A DNA stretch of 64,000 nt from Candidatus Aenigmatarchaeota archaeon (lineage in GTDB: Archaea > Aenigmatarchaeota > Aenigmatarchaeia > QMZP01 > QMZT01): assembly GCA_026397315.1 (NCBI GenBank), contig JAPLVC010000004.1:1-64000 (forward strand), in the 5' to 3' direction. Below, piece by piece: positions 1 through 9,588 of the stretch (positions are counted from its first letter, which is position 1; each line of letters begins with the position of its first letter). The translations under genes and the position numbers were made by a program. The notes under the pieces were generated by a model. It was given only the letters and a program-made list of their open reading frames with translations, was not told the DNA's origin and made no database searches.

Positions 1-2
1 AA

Positions 3-335
3 GGCTCATCATCAGACAGAGATTCCAAAGCCTTTTTTCGAAGAGGCATGAAGAGAATTTTCAACCTTGATAATGTACCCGACCGTTTTATAGATGACTT
101 TTACAAACAAGTTAGATGTGGCCTTTTTCATGATGGTATGACTAGGAAAAAAGTTATTTTATCTGGAAGTTTTGTTGATGCAATCAAAATCGAAATAGAT
201 AGTATTTCAATCAATACTCATAAATTTTTAGATAAAATAAAAGATGATTTAGCTAATTATCTATCTGATCTGAGAAATGACAAAAATCCCGAAAAAGACA
301 ATTTTGAAAGAGTCTTTTACTTCGGTCAAACCTAA
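3..335 (+). CDS. hypothetical protein, possibly 5'-truncated at window edge (frame is open upstream of the Met at 48)
   Basis: ORF 48..335 in AT-rich DNA; the reading frame stays open back to the window start; no recognisable motifs. Confidence 0.3.
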   Translation, partial: GSSSDRDSKAFFRRGMKRIFNLDNVPDRFIDDFYKQVRCGLFHDGMTRKKVILSGSFVDAIKIEIDSISINTHKFLDKIKDDLANYLSDLRNDKNPEKDNFERVFYFGQT

Positions 336-476
336 CGTGTCGATACCTTTTTAAAGTTTAATTCCAAGTAAAAATCGTCATGAAGAGTCGTTGTAAACCG
401 ACAGCTGGAAACGGTATACGACTTCAAACTCAAGGGTCTATCCCGGCCGGCGCATACGGCTTTTATTGCGTTTAAT

Positions 477-1310
477 TTAACCCATTTCAGCATTCTCTTC
501 TTCAATCGCGATTTTCTGTCCGAGCCTTTTCATGACGTTGCTCATGTATTTGTTAACTACACCGTATTTATCAGCGAGCGTGGTGTATTCGTTTCTCAAT
601 GCAACGGCGTCCGGTTCTTCCATCCCTTTAAGACGCCCGAATATGCCCGGGTCCCTTACAGCCGCCCGCCCTATCATCACGCCTTTGACGCCCATGTCCC
701 TCACGAAGGCGACTTTTTCGGCCGAGTCGATGTTACCGTTCGCTATGATGTCCTTGCCTGTCGCGACACAGTCAGGATAGACGGAATAGTCCGGTTTCGC
801 TTCGTAATGCTCTGAGCCGTGCCTTGCGTGGACAATGAAAAAATCCGCGTCGACGCCTCGAATGACGTTGAGGTACACCTTTCTCTGCTTCTCGAAAAGG
901 TTCATGCCGAGGCGCATCTTCACTGAGCACGGATACCCGTGATTCTTTACGGCGTTCACCATCCTGTTCAGCTTCGACACCCGTTTCATCATCGCGCACC
1001 CGAGGCCCTGTTTCACGTATTGCGGGCTTGGGCAGCCGATGTTGAAATTGAAGCCGGCAAACCCTCCAGTCGACTCGAACCGCCCAAGGAACGATTTCAG
1101 GTCGTCTTCCCGCAGGGCCACGAGCTGTATCTGCGATGGGACATCGTTGAGCAATTCTATTTTCCTTTCAGTGTTCCCGTTCCGCGCCGCCAGGCCGGAA
1201 AGCCTGGCCATCACCGTGAAAGTAAGGTCTGCGCCGTGCCGGAAGCACAGCTCCCTGAAGACGTTGTCAGTGATATCTTCCATGGGCGCCAGCATGAATA
1301 GAAGCTTCAT
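477..1310 (-). CDS. dus: tRNA-dihydrouridine synthase (Dus family, TIM-barrel flavoenzyme)
   Basis: N-terminus MKLLFMLAPMEDITDNVFR, NIGCPSP motif, typical Dus length. Start moved to the internal Met at 1310 from ORF end 1409, because the upstream 33 aa look like non-coding read-through. Confidence 0.8.
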   Translation of the reverse strand: MKLLFMLAPMEDITDNVFRELCFRHGADLTFTVMARLSGLAARNGNTERKIELLNDVPSQIQLVALREDDLKSFLGRFESTGGFAGFNFNIGCPSPQYVKQGLGCAMMKRVSKLNRMVNAVKNHGYPCSVKMRLGMNLFEKQRKVYLNVIRGVDADFFIVHARHGSEHYEAKPDYSVYPDCVATGKDIIANGNIDSAEKVAFVRDMGVKGVMIGRAAVRDPGIFGRLKGMEEPDAVALRNEYTTLADKYGVVNKYMSNVMKRLGQKIAIEEENAEMG

Positions 1311-1420
1311 CAAACGAGAATATGATGGCAGGCGTAATAAGCGTCGAGACGGCTTCTTACCTTGTTTGATGAGGATCACACTCTTCCGTTCAGTTATCGG
1401 CTGGCGCAAATATCATACTT

Positions 1421-2404
1421 CTAATATTTACCGCCGCTAGGGAAATTTCTGGCTGTTAATTCTCTATCCAGTTCGGTAAGTCTTCCTATGTTACCAAAAT
1501 TCGTTAAGTACAAACCGCCTATGCCTTTAAGGGCTTCTAGAAGATATGGCATCGCGGTCCCTGTACCTATTTTATCGGCGACTGCTTTTGCTCCCTCGGC
1601 CATACCTTCCATTCCCATTTTTGTGAATATTTTTTTTGTTACAGGGTGATCTGCTCCAAGATTGCTGCTGAAAAGTATGTACATCACATCTCTTGCGTCC
1701 GTTTTGAACGTTTCAGCTATTTCACCTGCCGCTTTTGCTATTATTCCCATGTACGCATTAAACGCTTCCAATTGCGGTGCAACTTGTGTTCTGTATACCT
1801 CTGCGTTGGCTTCAGCTCCTATAACTTTCACTTTTTTTTCTATCAGGGCTTTCATCGGTTCTATCATTTGTCGCATTTCTGTTTCGTATAGTTGCTTACC
1901 GAACTGCGTTACTTGTGGTGCTGTCGGTTGTTTTATTTTAATTGCGTCTATCTCAAAGCCCCAATCCGACAGAAATTCTCCCAAAAAATTCCGGGCATCA
2001 TCTTCTATTTTTTCTCTGCTTAGGAATATTTCTTCAAAACTCTTATTGTTGTAAATTTGCATTCCGAGCCTGGAATTCAATAATATACCAATCTGATTTT
2101 CTATATTTTCTGGCGATTTTATAATTACTTTTTCTGCATCGTTGGCCCTATATATCATCCCCATTGGCAAAACAACAGGATATTTGTCCGAACCGAAAAC
2201 CTCAAATGAAGTTTCATAGCTACGTGGTCTCAAATCCATTAATCTTATTTCGCTTATTCCCGGAACAGCTAGATGTAAACCGGGTTCAATTATGCCAGCT
2301 TTCTTTCCAAATCTGAATCTTACTCCCCTTTCAAACTCTTTGACTTTAATTACACCATTCTTCCTTTCAATCAAATTCATGATTACCACCACCTCTTTCA
2401 TCAA
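1421..2404 (-). CDS. SPFH/band-7 (stomatin/prohibitin-like) domain protein, apparently soluble (no N-terminal TM)
   Basis: ERGVRFRFGK...PGLHLAVPGISEIRLMDLR core typical of the SPFH domain; the coiled-coil-like middle region is Ala/Glu-rich; AT-rich codon usage unlike its neighbours. Confidence 0.6.
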   Translation of the reverse strand: MMKEVVVIMNLIERKNGVIKVKEFERGVRFRFGKKAGIIEPGLHLAVPGISEIRLMDLRPRSYETSFEVFGSDKYPVVLPMGMIYRANDAEKVIIKSPENIENQIGILLNSRLGMQIYNNKSFEEIFLSREKIEDDARNFLGEFLSDWGFEIDAIKIKQPTAPQVTQFGKQLYETEMRQMIEPMKALIEKKVKVIGAEANAEVYRTQVAPQLEAFNAYMGIIAKAAGEIAETFKTDARDVMYILFSSNLGADHPVTKKIFTKMGMEGMAEGAKAVADKIGTGTAMPYLLEALKGIGGLYLTNFGNIGRLTELDRELTARNFPSGGKY

Positions 2405-2412
2405 ATTTAATC

Positions 2413-3360
2413 TTATCGTCGTGAATCGCGTAAATCGAAATAATGCTCATTTACCGGATTGAGTGTTCCCATCAACTCCTTTATATCGAGTTCAAAACTC
2501 GCCGTCTCGGGTATAGCAAGAGTTATTTTATGATTAGCAACAAATTCCGATGCTGACGATTTCAAAAACAATTTGCATTTGGAAGAACTTCTATCATTTG
2601 GGTCAAAAAATACATCTGATATAAATCTGGAATATGGATTGCCGTGAAAACCATCAATAAAAACGGCGCCTTGCATGTGAAAAGGCAACGAGAAAGCAAT
2701 TTTTAAATTAGGTGTGCCTCCATAAAAGCCGATTTTACCATCATCATGACAAAGAATTGGTGGCGTATAAAAATTAAATTTCATACTTTTTTCCTGATGC
2801 ACTGGAATCTCAAATAGTGGTACATACCATATTTCACCATCACCTACGTTATGAGATATCTCTCTTATCAAGGCATTTTCGATTTCCGGTATCTTTTCAT
2901 CCTGCCATCCGAAAGATGGAAAACTTTTTATAAACGCGATGGTCGACGCTATGTTTTTATCCATATTATTTGAAAAAATGCTATTGTAACCATTGAGTTC
3001 TGGATAAAGGCCTACTTTGCCACAATGATAATCACCGGTTAAAAGATCTTTAGCTTCCGATACATGATGTTTTATTTTCACCGAAAACGGACGATATTCA
3101 AGAATAAGTGATCCTTTTTTTGCTTTTTCATCATCAACAAAATAAATACTTTCATGTTTAAATGCGGATGGAGGAAAATCACTAAAGTTCACACTGCGTC
3201 GTGAAAAATTAAATGTAGACTTTTTTATCTTCTCGAATATCTCTTTAAAACCTTCTTCAGATGAGCCAGTAACTCCGAGATTGTAATCTTTGTCGACTAA
3301 ATTTTTAGGGTCATATAGGATTTTCGCGACTTTATAATTCTTAGGCATGTCCATTGACAA
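2413..3360 (-). CDS. hypothetical protein (315 aa), co-oriented 8 bp downstream of the SPFH gene
   Basis: Long ORF in AT-rich DNA; no recognisable motif; tight spacing suggests an operon with the SPFH gene. Confidence 0.5.
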   Translation of the reverse strand: MSMDMPKNYKVAKILYDPKNLVDKDYNLGVTGSSEEGFKEIFEKIKKSTFNFSRRSVNFSDFPPSAFKHESIYFVDDEKAKKGSLILEYRPFSVKIKHHVSEAKDLLTGDYHCGKVGLYPELNGYNSIFSNNMDKNIASTIAFIKSFPSFGWQDEKIPEIENALIREISHNVGDGEIWYVPLFEIPVHQEKSMKFNFYTPPILCHDDGKIGFYGGTPNLKIAFSLPFHMQGAVFIDGFHGNPYSRFISDVFFDPNDRSSSKCKLFLKSSASEFVANHKITLAIPETASFELDIKELMGTLNPVNEHYFDLRDSRR

Positions 3361-3579
3361 TCCCCTTTGAAATGATAGATGTAGTCAGACATGTGCAGAA
3401 TAAGACCGTTCCCGTCATTTTCAGAGTTTGTATGGTATGAGTGTTCTCACTCATGAATAAAGATTCTCTATAAGGTTTTTAAGCACAGCGTGTCTATACG
3501 TTCCTTTATGCTGTCCGGCTAAATCTTAAATATCCTCTCGTGAGAAATAGAGAATAACAAAATTTTTAGGTCGCTGGTC

Positions 3580-4221
3580 ATGGTACTGAGGCATATCAGA
3601 AAGGTAAAGAACAGCTTTTCGTCGCTAGTCATGTCCATATTCAGAAAGCGGAAGAACCTGAAAATCGGCCTCTACGGTCCGGTCAATTCCGGCAAGACCA
3701 CGCTCGCGAACAAGATATGCATGGACTGGCTCGGCGAAGAGCTGGGCGTCGCTTCCGTCGTGCCGCACGAGACCCGCGAAATACAGATAAAGGAAAAGGT
3801 CACGATGAAGCTCGACGGGAAATCGCTGGCGTTCAACCTTGTCGACACGCCGGGCATTGCAACAAGGATTGACTTCGAGGATTTCATAAAGCACGGCATC
3901 TCCGAAGAGGATGCGAAACAGCGCGCGAAAGAGGCGACGCGCGGCGTGATCGAGTCGATAAAATGGCTCAACGACATGGACATGGTGCTTGTAGTTATGG
4001 ACTCGACCAGGAACCCGATGAGCCAGGTGAACATAACGATTCTCGGCAACCTCGACGCGAGGAAAATCCCGTTCATAATCGTCTCGAACAAGATAGACCT
4101 GAAGAAATCCGATACGACAAAAATACGCAACTCCTTCCCGGGCTACGACGTCATAGGCGTCTCGGCGAGGAACGGCGACATGATGAAAGAGCTTTACAGG
4201 ATGATGCTCAACGGGCTTTAA
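3580..4221 (+). CDS. small GTP-binding protein (archaeal Ras-like/Era-like GTPase)
   Basis: G1 GPVNSGKTT, G3 DTPG, G4 NKID motifs. True start may be the internal Met at 3631 (MSIFRKRKN). Confidence 0.8.
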   Translation: MVLRHIRKVKNSFSSLVMSIFRKRKNLKIGLYGPVNSGKTTLANKICMDWLGEELGVASVVPHETREIQIKEKVTMKLDGKSLAFNLVDTPGIATRIDFEDFIKHGISEEDAKQRAKEATRGVIESIKWLNDMDMVLVVMDSTRNPMSQVNITILGNLDARKIPFIIVSNKIDLKKSDTTKIRNSFPGYDVIGVSARNGDMMKELYRMMLNGL

Positions 4222-4234
4222 CGAGAGGAAATGC

Positions 4235-4573
4235 ATGATGAGGATAAAGTTCGTCCCATATGAGAAGCTGAAGAACAACCACGCAGCCGTTCTTGAAGAG
4301 CTTAAAGAGGGAATGATAATAGTGGTCGATGCGAAGCTCTCGCCTAAAGAGGAAGCCGAACTGATACAGGAGACCATGCGTGCCATAAACCAGCGCTTCG
4401 CGGGCATAGAGCTTGGCTCCATCGATTTCGCGCACGTCGACGGCGGCTGGAAATTCAGAAGCGCGCTGACGGAGAAGATTTCTGGCAAGAAGCGCGGCAT
4501 CACGCTGATAGGCCCGGCGAAGCTCATACGCAAGATAGAGCAGAAGCCGGAAGAGCTCATGCTTTACTTCTGA
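4235..4573 (+). CDS. conserved archaeal protein (DUF2073-like) co-transcribed with the GTPase
   Basis: 112-aa ORF 13 nt after the GTPase stop; this three-gene arrangement of GTPase, small protein and Zn-ribbon protein is recurrent in Euryarchaeota. Confidence 0.5.
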   Translation: MMRIKFVPYEKLKNNHAAVLEELKEGMIIVVDAKLSPKEEAELIQETMRAINQRFAGIELGSIDFAHVDGGWKFRSALTEKISGKKRGITLIGPAKLIRKIEQKPEELMLYF

Positions 4574-4663
4574 ATAGGAGCGCGGCGCGCGTTTTCTAAT
4601 ATATTAGCTTTTTGGCACATAATATCAAAATTACAAAATTTTTCATGAAAACCGTGATTAGCC

Positions 4664-5056
4664 ATGCCGAACAGGTGCACACGCTGCGGAAAGCTTCACC
4701 CGGACGAAGCTCCGTACCTGCTCAAGGCGGGATGCGATTGCGGCTCGAGATTCTTCTTCTTCGTCAAGGAAGAGTCGCTGGTCCAGGCCGAGAAAGAGAT
4801 AGATTCGCTCACGCCGGAAGACGTGAAGCACATAGAAAGCGACATCCGTTTCATCGTCTCTGAAACAGAGCGCGAAGTCGATGACGACGAGACCGTCGTG
4901 CTCGACGTCGAGGCGATACGCATCATAAAGCCAGGCAAATATCACATCGACCTGACAAACCTTTTTTCGCAGAAGCCCATCGTGATAAGGATAGGGTCCG
5001 GCAAATACAAGATAGACCTGTCCAGTCTCATGAAGGCGCGCATGCCCGTTGCCTGA
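4664..5056 (+). CDS. Zn-ribbon domain protein (CxxC...CxC) of the GTPase three-gene cluster
   Basis: N-terminal CTRCGK...CDCGSRFFFF zinc ribbon followed by an acidic segment. Confidence 0.55.
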   Translation: MPNRCTRCGKLHPDEAPYLLKAGCDCGSRFFFFVKEESLVQAEKEIDSLTPEDVKHIESDIRFIVSETEREVDDDETVVLDVEAIRIIKPGKYHIDLTNLFSQKPIVIRIGSGKYKIDLSSLMKARMPVA

Positions 5057-5082
5057 ATAAAACTGATTACATGGAGAAAAAA

Positions 5083-6015
5083 CTAAACGGCCTTGCCTAT
5101 TTTTATCCCGTCCTGTCTTACAGCGACGGTCATGAAATCGCGGGCCACAACGGAATTGTGGAAAACCTTTTTCGCCTCAGCTTCGATTTCCCTGAGATCC
5201 GTGTAGCGCCTTGAGAAATGTGTGAGTATGAGATTCTTGACACCAGCTTTCTTCGCGATTTCCGCGGCTTCCTTCGCGCCGGAATGCATCATGTCCTCCT
5301 TCGTCTCGATGAAGGTTGCGTCGTGTATGAGGACGTCCGCGTCTTTCGAGATAGCCAGCACGTTCTGGCAGGGCTCAGTATCGCCGGAATATACGACTTT
5401 TATGCCGGCCTTGCGGACGCCTACATCTTCGAGTTTTATTTTCTTCCCCTTGATCTCGACCTCTCCCTTGTCCTTCAGCGTGCCGACCATCTTGCCCTGC
5501 TTTAGGCCGTAAAGCTTTTCCGCTTTCTCTATGTCCACGTTGACCTTGTCCTTCTCGCGGAAGCAGTACGCCACCGACGGCACGGAATGCCTGGTCGGGA
5601 TGGAGGTTATCTCGAACTCGTCGTTCTCGAGGATTTTCATCTCCATGTTGCCCTCGGAAGGCACGTCTTTGGGAATGACCCTGAACCCCGAGCCCCAGTA
5701 ATCGAGGTCAAGAATGTCGCCTATGAAGCGCTCCGCGTCAGGGCCGTGGATATACAGCGGCCGCGACCGCCCTTCGAGGTTCATGGTATATAACAGGCCT
5801 ATGAGACCGACCCAGTGGTCCGCGTGCCAGTGCGTTATGAATATGTGGTCGAGCTTCATGAACGATATGCCGTTGGCTATTATCATCTGGCGCTGAGTCC
5901 CTTCTCCGCAGTCGAAGAGCATGTTGTGCGTGTCGTAGTGCAGGTAAATCGCGGAGTGGTTTCTCGTTTTTGTCGGCGGCCCGCTGCCCGTCCCGAGGAA
6001 CGTCATGTCAAGCAT
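5083..6015 (-). CDS. rnz: ribonuclease Z (tRNA 3' endonuclease, metallo-beta-lactamase fold)
   Basis: MLDMTFLGTGSG...HxHxDH motif ITHWHADHWVGL; length about 310 aa typical of the short tRNase Z form. Confidence 0.85.
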   Translation of the reverse strand: MLDMTFLGTGSGPPTKTRNHSAIYLHYDTHNMLFDCGEGTQRQMIIANGISFMKLDHIFITHWHADHWVGLIGLLYTMNLEGRSRPLYIHGPDAERFIGDILDLDYWGSGFRVIPKDVPSEGNMEMKILENDEFEITSIPTRHSVPSVAYCFREKDKVNVDIEKAEKLYGLKQGKMVGTLKDKGEVEIKGKKIKLEDVGVRKAGIKVVYSGDTEPCQNVLAISKDADVLIHDATFIETKEDMMHSGAKEAAEIAKKAGVKNLILTHFSRRYTDLREIEAEAKKVFHNSVVARDFMTVAVRQDGIKIGKAV

Positions 6016-6066
6016 AGAAATTAATTGTAGCCGTTATTTAATAATTCCGGACAAACCGGAAACCTT

Positions 6067-6429
6067 TCACAGCCGGATATTTTTCAAGTTCACTCCGTTC
6101 GCGGGTTCGCCCACTTCATGCTCATGCCTGAGAAAGTGGTCATAAGTTGTCTCGGTCGGGCTTTGCGGTGTTGGCGGATAGCATTTTACAGGTTCGAAGT
6201 CCGGGTGAGGCGCGCATGGCCTCGAGTCATTAGCTATCGCTGGAGCCAGATAGTCCCATCCGTCATCGCCTCGCAGAACCATTAAAGACATTTTTCCGAG
6301 GCCGAAGCCTTTATATGCTTTGACATGGCTGTTCTGTTTCCTCAGACTGTCGATTGCCGCTCCAAGGAAGGCGTTTTCAACCTGGTTGAATGACATGAAC
6401 AAGTCCACCTCTATTCGATTTATTAGCAA
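6067..6429 (-). CDS. hypothetical protein
   Basis: 120-aa ORF with an AT-rich promoter-like region upstream (6430-6550); no recognisable motif. Confidence 0.3.
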   Translation of the reverse strand: MLINRIEVDLFMSFNQVENAFLGAAIDSLRKQNSHVKAYKGFGLGKMSLMVLRGDDGWDYLAPAIANDSRPCAPHPDFEPVKCYPPTPQSPTETTYDHFLRHEHEVGEPANGVNLKNIRL

Positions 6430-6551
6430 TTATTATTGTGTTGACCTTTATATAGTTTTATATATATCATAGATAAAAAATATGTATTATAATACATAAT
6501 ATTTATTAGAATCATCGTGATATGCGCAGCAAAGCTCGTGTGCTTTGACGC

Positions 6552-7754
6552 CTACCATTCATTGAGCCTGAGGTCTACGTCTATCTTTTCATTAAATCTC
6601 ACGGCATCCGAATCGATCCTGACACCGTTCTTTATTTCGCATCCGTGTATTTTGGCAGCCTTTCCTATGAAAACACTGTCCATGGGGCTGTCAGAAACAA
6701 GCGAGTACTTTCCTATGACGCTATTTCTTATTTCCATGCCTTTCGCATCGTTCCCACCCGTTCTTAGTATGGTGTTCGTTCCCATCAGCACAGAATCCGA
6801 TATTTTCACGTCCGGCGCTATGGTGCAGTGATCGCCGACAACCGAGTGCCTGACGCTGCCGTATATCACTGGCTCGTCTTTGGATACGATTGAATTTTCT
6901 ATCAGGCCTCCGAAGCCCGTTTTAGCTCTGTCAACCTTTACCAGCGGTATCTTTATGCCCTTCACCCCGTCTATCAGCTCCATATTCGCTTTCAGCAGCA
7001 GTTGCGGCTGCCCCACATCGTTCCAGTAGTATTTTTCCCCGGGATAATAATGCACGTAAAGCAGACCTTTATCCATTACGTATTTCATCACGTGCTCGCC
7101 GAAATCAAAACCTCTCGACAGTTCTATGGCTTTAAGCATCGGCTCCACGGGGCCCGCGTAAATTCCAAGGCCCGCGAGATTGGAAATCGGCTCTTTGGGT
7201 TTCTCGGCCCATCCGGTTACCCGGCCGTTTTCGTCTATTTTGGGATTGCCGAAAGTCCCCTTTATCTCCTCCTCGGCCTTTGTCATCGCGCCTATCGTAG
7301 CTATCGCGCCATAGTTTTCCCAGTTGAATATTGCCCTTTTTATGAGTTCGCTGTAATCAACGTTGGTTATCTGGTCGCACGGGACGATTAACATGTAGTT
7401 GAAACCTTTAAACTTTTCCTCGGATTGTTTAACCGCGTCGGCAGTGCCCCTGAAATGCGGCCTGACGTCATTGGGAAAATACAACGGACTAGCTGTGGTA
7501 AATTCAAAGTTTTTTTCGAACCTGTAACCTTCAAACGTGAGCTTCTTGCGAACCTCATCACTGTTGAACTGAACCGGCACGACAAGACGGTCTATGTTCG
7601 CGTCATCTATCAAATCGGCGTTGTAGTATGCAAGCCTTTTGCCGGCGACTCTCAGCGTCGCCTTGGACTGCCATGGTCCGGTGTAGGGCCAGAGCCTTTC
7701 AGCCTTGCCTCCGACCAGCATGACAGCGACTACGCTATTTCCCTTGTATGGCAT
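6552..7754 (-). CDS. sugar-phosphate nucleotidyltransferase (glucose-1-phosphate adenylyl/thymidylyltransferase-like) with C-terminal left-handed beta-helix
   Basis: N-terminal VAVMLVGGKAERLWPYT nucleotide-binding motif; the C-terminal hexapeptide-like repeats are I/V-rich. Confidence 0.7.
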   Translation of the reverse strand: MPYKGNSVVAVMLVGGKAERLWPYTGPWQSKATLRVAGKRLAYYNADLIDDANIDRLVVPVQFNSDEVRKKLTFEGYRFEKNFEFTTASPLYFPNDVRPHFRGTADAVKQSEEKFKGFNYMLIVPCDQITNVDYSELIKRAIFNWENYGAIATIGAMTKAEEEIKGTFGNPKIDENGRVTGWAEKPKEPISNLAGLGIYAGPVEPMLKAIELSRGFDFGEHVMKYVMDKGLLYVHYYPGEKYYWNDVGQPQLLLKANMELIDGVKGIKIPLVKVDRAKTGFGGLIENSIVSKDEPVIYGSVRHSVVGDHCTIAPDVKISDSVLMGTNTILRTGGNDAKGMEIRNSVIGKYSLVSDSPMDSVFIGKAAKIHGCEIKNGVRIDSDAVRFNEKIDVDLRLNEW

Positions 7755-7867
7755 AATGTGTATCTGGAATCTAAGTTTTTAAAACTAAGTGGTGGTTAAA
7801 ACTGTCAAATCTGATAAGCGGGTCTTCTGCCAAAAACCGTTTTTAATACGCGAAACAAAAAACGAGC

Positions 7868-8917
7868 ATGGAACATGCGCATGCCAGGATACGCGAGGTT
7901 TCTGAGAGGATAACCAGCGCGGAATCCGGACGCAGGAAGCTGGCCGCTTTCCTCAGGAAGGCGGATGCAGGCTCCAGACTGGCACGCAAAGTCGCCATGG
8001 CGCTCCCGGACGGCATCAAAATCGCCGGCGTGGACGGCGGCATTGTCAAACGCTCGCTGCACGGCTTCGACCTGGTCATGGCGCGCGCCACGGGTGTGTG
8101 CTTCACATACGAAAATGGAAAAGTGAAGAAAGCCGAATATCATCCGGAGCGCATGCCGGAACCGGAACTTTTCGTGCTAGAAGCGCTTAATGAGCTCGAC
8201 TGGGTCCACTCCGCATCCATCATAAGGCAGAAGCTGGAGATACGCAATGCGCTCGAGACCGCGGAAAAATTCAGGCCCGCGCTCCTGCTGCTCGACGGAT
8301 CGATAGTCCCGCATTATTCGGACAGGCCGGCGAAGAACTCGAAGGTCCGCGAGAGCTTTGACGAGCTCATCTCGCTTTACAATAAGCTTTTCTCGTTCTG
8401 TTCTGAAAACGGCATAATGCTCGCGGGCGTGGTAGAAGATTCGAGGGGCACGAGATTCTGCGAGCTCGCGGGCGAGACGCTCGCTAGCGACGGCCAAAAC
8501 GAATGGGCGAGAAACGCCCTTGTAAACGCGAGGGACACTAGCCTGCTTTTTTGGATGCTTGAGGATGGAGAGCGCACGTTCGCTTTCCAGTATTCCGACA
8601 TCGACGAAAGCGGCGAGCACCCGCTCGCAAAAGAGTTCGGCAGCTTCGCCAGCAGGATATTCACGTTCTACCTGAAGACCGCAAAGTTCGACAGACCGGT
8701 CAGGGTCGACTTCATAGGTAACGAAAGCAACGCCGACACTTTCGCTAGTAAAATACTGGCTATATCTTCCCATCACTCAGGCTATGGCTTCCCCAGCGTT
8801 CTCATAGAGGCGGACCAGTCCGCGAAAATGGAGGAGAATGCCATAGAAAGCATATGCGACCAGATATCTGCGGCGTCAGGAGTCATGCGTCTCAGAAGGG
8901 ACAGCAGGCCATTCTGA
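7868..8917 (+). CDS. nurA: NurA-domain 5'-3' nuclease
   Basis: IAGVDGG and LLLLDGS motifs characteristic of the NurA fold; about 350 aa. Confidence 0.55.
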   Translation: MEHAHARIREVSERITSAESGRRKLAAFLRKADAGSRLARKVAMALPDGIKIAGVDGGIVKRSLHGFDLVMARATGVCFTYENGKVKKAEYHPERMPEPELFVLEALNELDWVHSASIIRQKLEIRNALETAEKFRPALLLLDGSIVPHYSDRPAKNSKVRESFDELISLYNKLFSFCSENGIMLAGVVEDSRGTRFCELAGETLASDGQNEWARNALVNARDTSLLFWMLEDGERTFAFQYSDIDESGEHPLAKEFGSFASRIFTFYLKTAKFDRPVRVDFIGNESNADTFASKILAISSHHSGYGFPSVLIEADQSAKMEENAIESICDQISAASGVMRLRRDSRPF

Positions 8918-8964
8918 ACCGATAACTTATTAAGAATGTTTCCAAAAATAAAAGTGGTGATAAT

Positions 8965-9558
8965 ATGACAGTCAAATTGGGTGAGGACATCAAACCGTCC
9001 GTCCAGCTTAAGAAATTGTATTATATGTATCTTTTTGCAGGCATGGCGATATTCGTGCTTTTGTTCGTCGTGCCGTTCCTGGCGTTTGGCACATACGATG
9101 CCTTGTTTGTCATTGCCATATTCCCGGGCATACCCGTGCTCATAGGCTTCGTCATAGCGCTGATATGGATACCGATGTATTACAACACCATATCATACAG
9201 GTTCAGCCACAGCGAGATGGTATGGAAGAGGGGCGTGTGGTTCAGGAAGACTGGCGTCGTCCCGTACAACAGGATAACCAACGTCGACATCGATCAGGGG
9301 CCGGTTTCCAGGAAGCTGGGCATAGCCTCCATAAAGGTGCAGACTGCCGGATACTCTTCACCCAGTGCAAGAGCGGCCGAGATACGCATAGACGGCATGA
9401 CGAATTTCGACGAAGTGAGAGACGTAATAATGACGTATGTCCGCGGCCAGAAGCCGATGGCAGTCGAAACTTACGATAAAGACGAGCCGGCGGACGTTGT
9501 CGGCGAGCTGGTGAAGATAAGGAAGCTCCTCGAGAAGCGCGGCGGCAGGAAGGGCTGA
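8965..9558 (+). CDS. membrane protein with bacterial PH (bPH_2/YdbS-YdbT-like) domain
   Basis: Two N-terminal TM helices followed by VPYNRITNVDIDQGPVSRKLGIASIKVQTAG, typical of the bPH_2 family. Confidence 0.65.
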   Translation: MTVKLGEDIKPSVQLKKLYYMYLFAGMAIFVLLFVVPFLAFGTYDALFVIAIFPGIPVLIGFVIALIWIPMYYNTISYRFSHSEMVWKRGVWFRKTGVVPYNRITNVDIDQGPVSRKLGIASIKVQTAGYSSPSARAAEIRIDGMTNFDEVRDVIMTYVRGQKPMAVETYDKDEPADVVGELVKIRKLLEKRGGRKG

Positions 9559-9588
9559 AAATTATTTAATCCCATTTTCCAATTCCTA

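Noticed and set aside
336-476. GC-richer intergenic block between the convergent first ORF and dus, considered as a possible small RNA (C/D-box)
   Set aside because: No convincing C box (RUGAUGA), D box (CUGA) or guide arrangement was found; more likely shared 3' UTRs or terminators of convergent genes
3625-4560. 311-aa ORF on the minus strand spanning the GTPase and DUF2073 genes
   Set aside because: It is antisense to two well-supported genes that carry clear motifs; its composition (Arg/Ala/His-rich) is typical of spurious ORFs in GC-rich coding DNA
7805-8143. 112-aa minus-strand ORF overlapping the 5' end of the NurA-like gene
   Set aside because: It overlaps a longer ORF that has recognisable motifs; no motifs of its own; likely spurious
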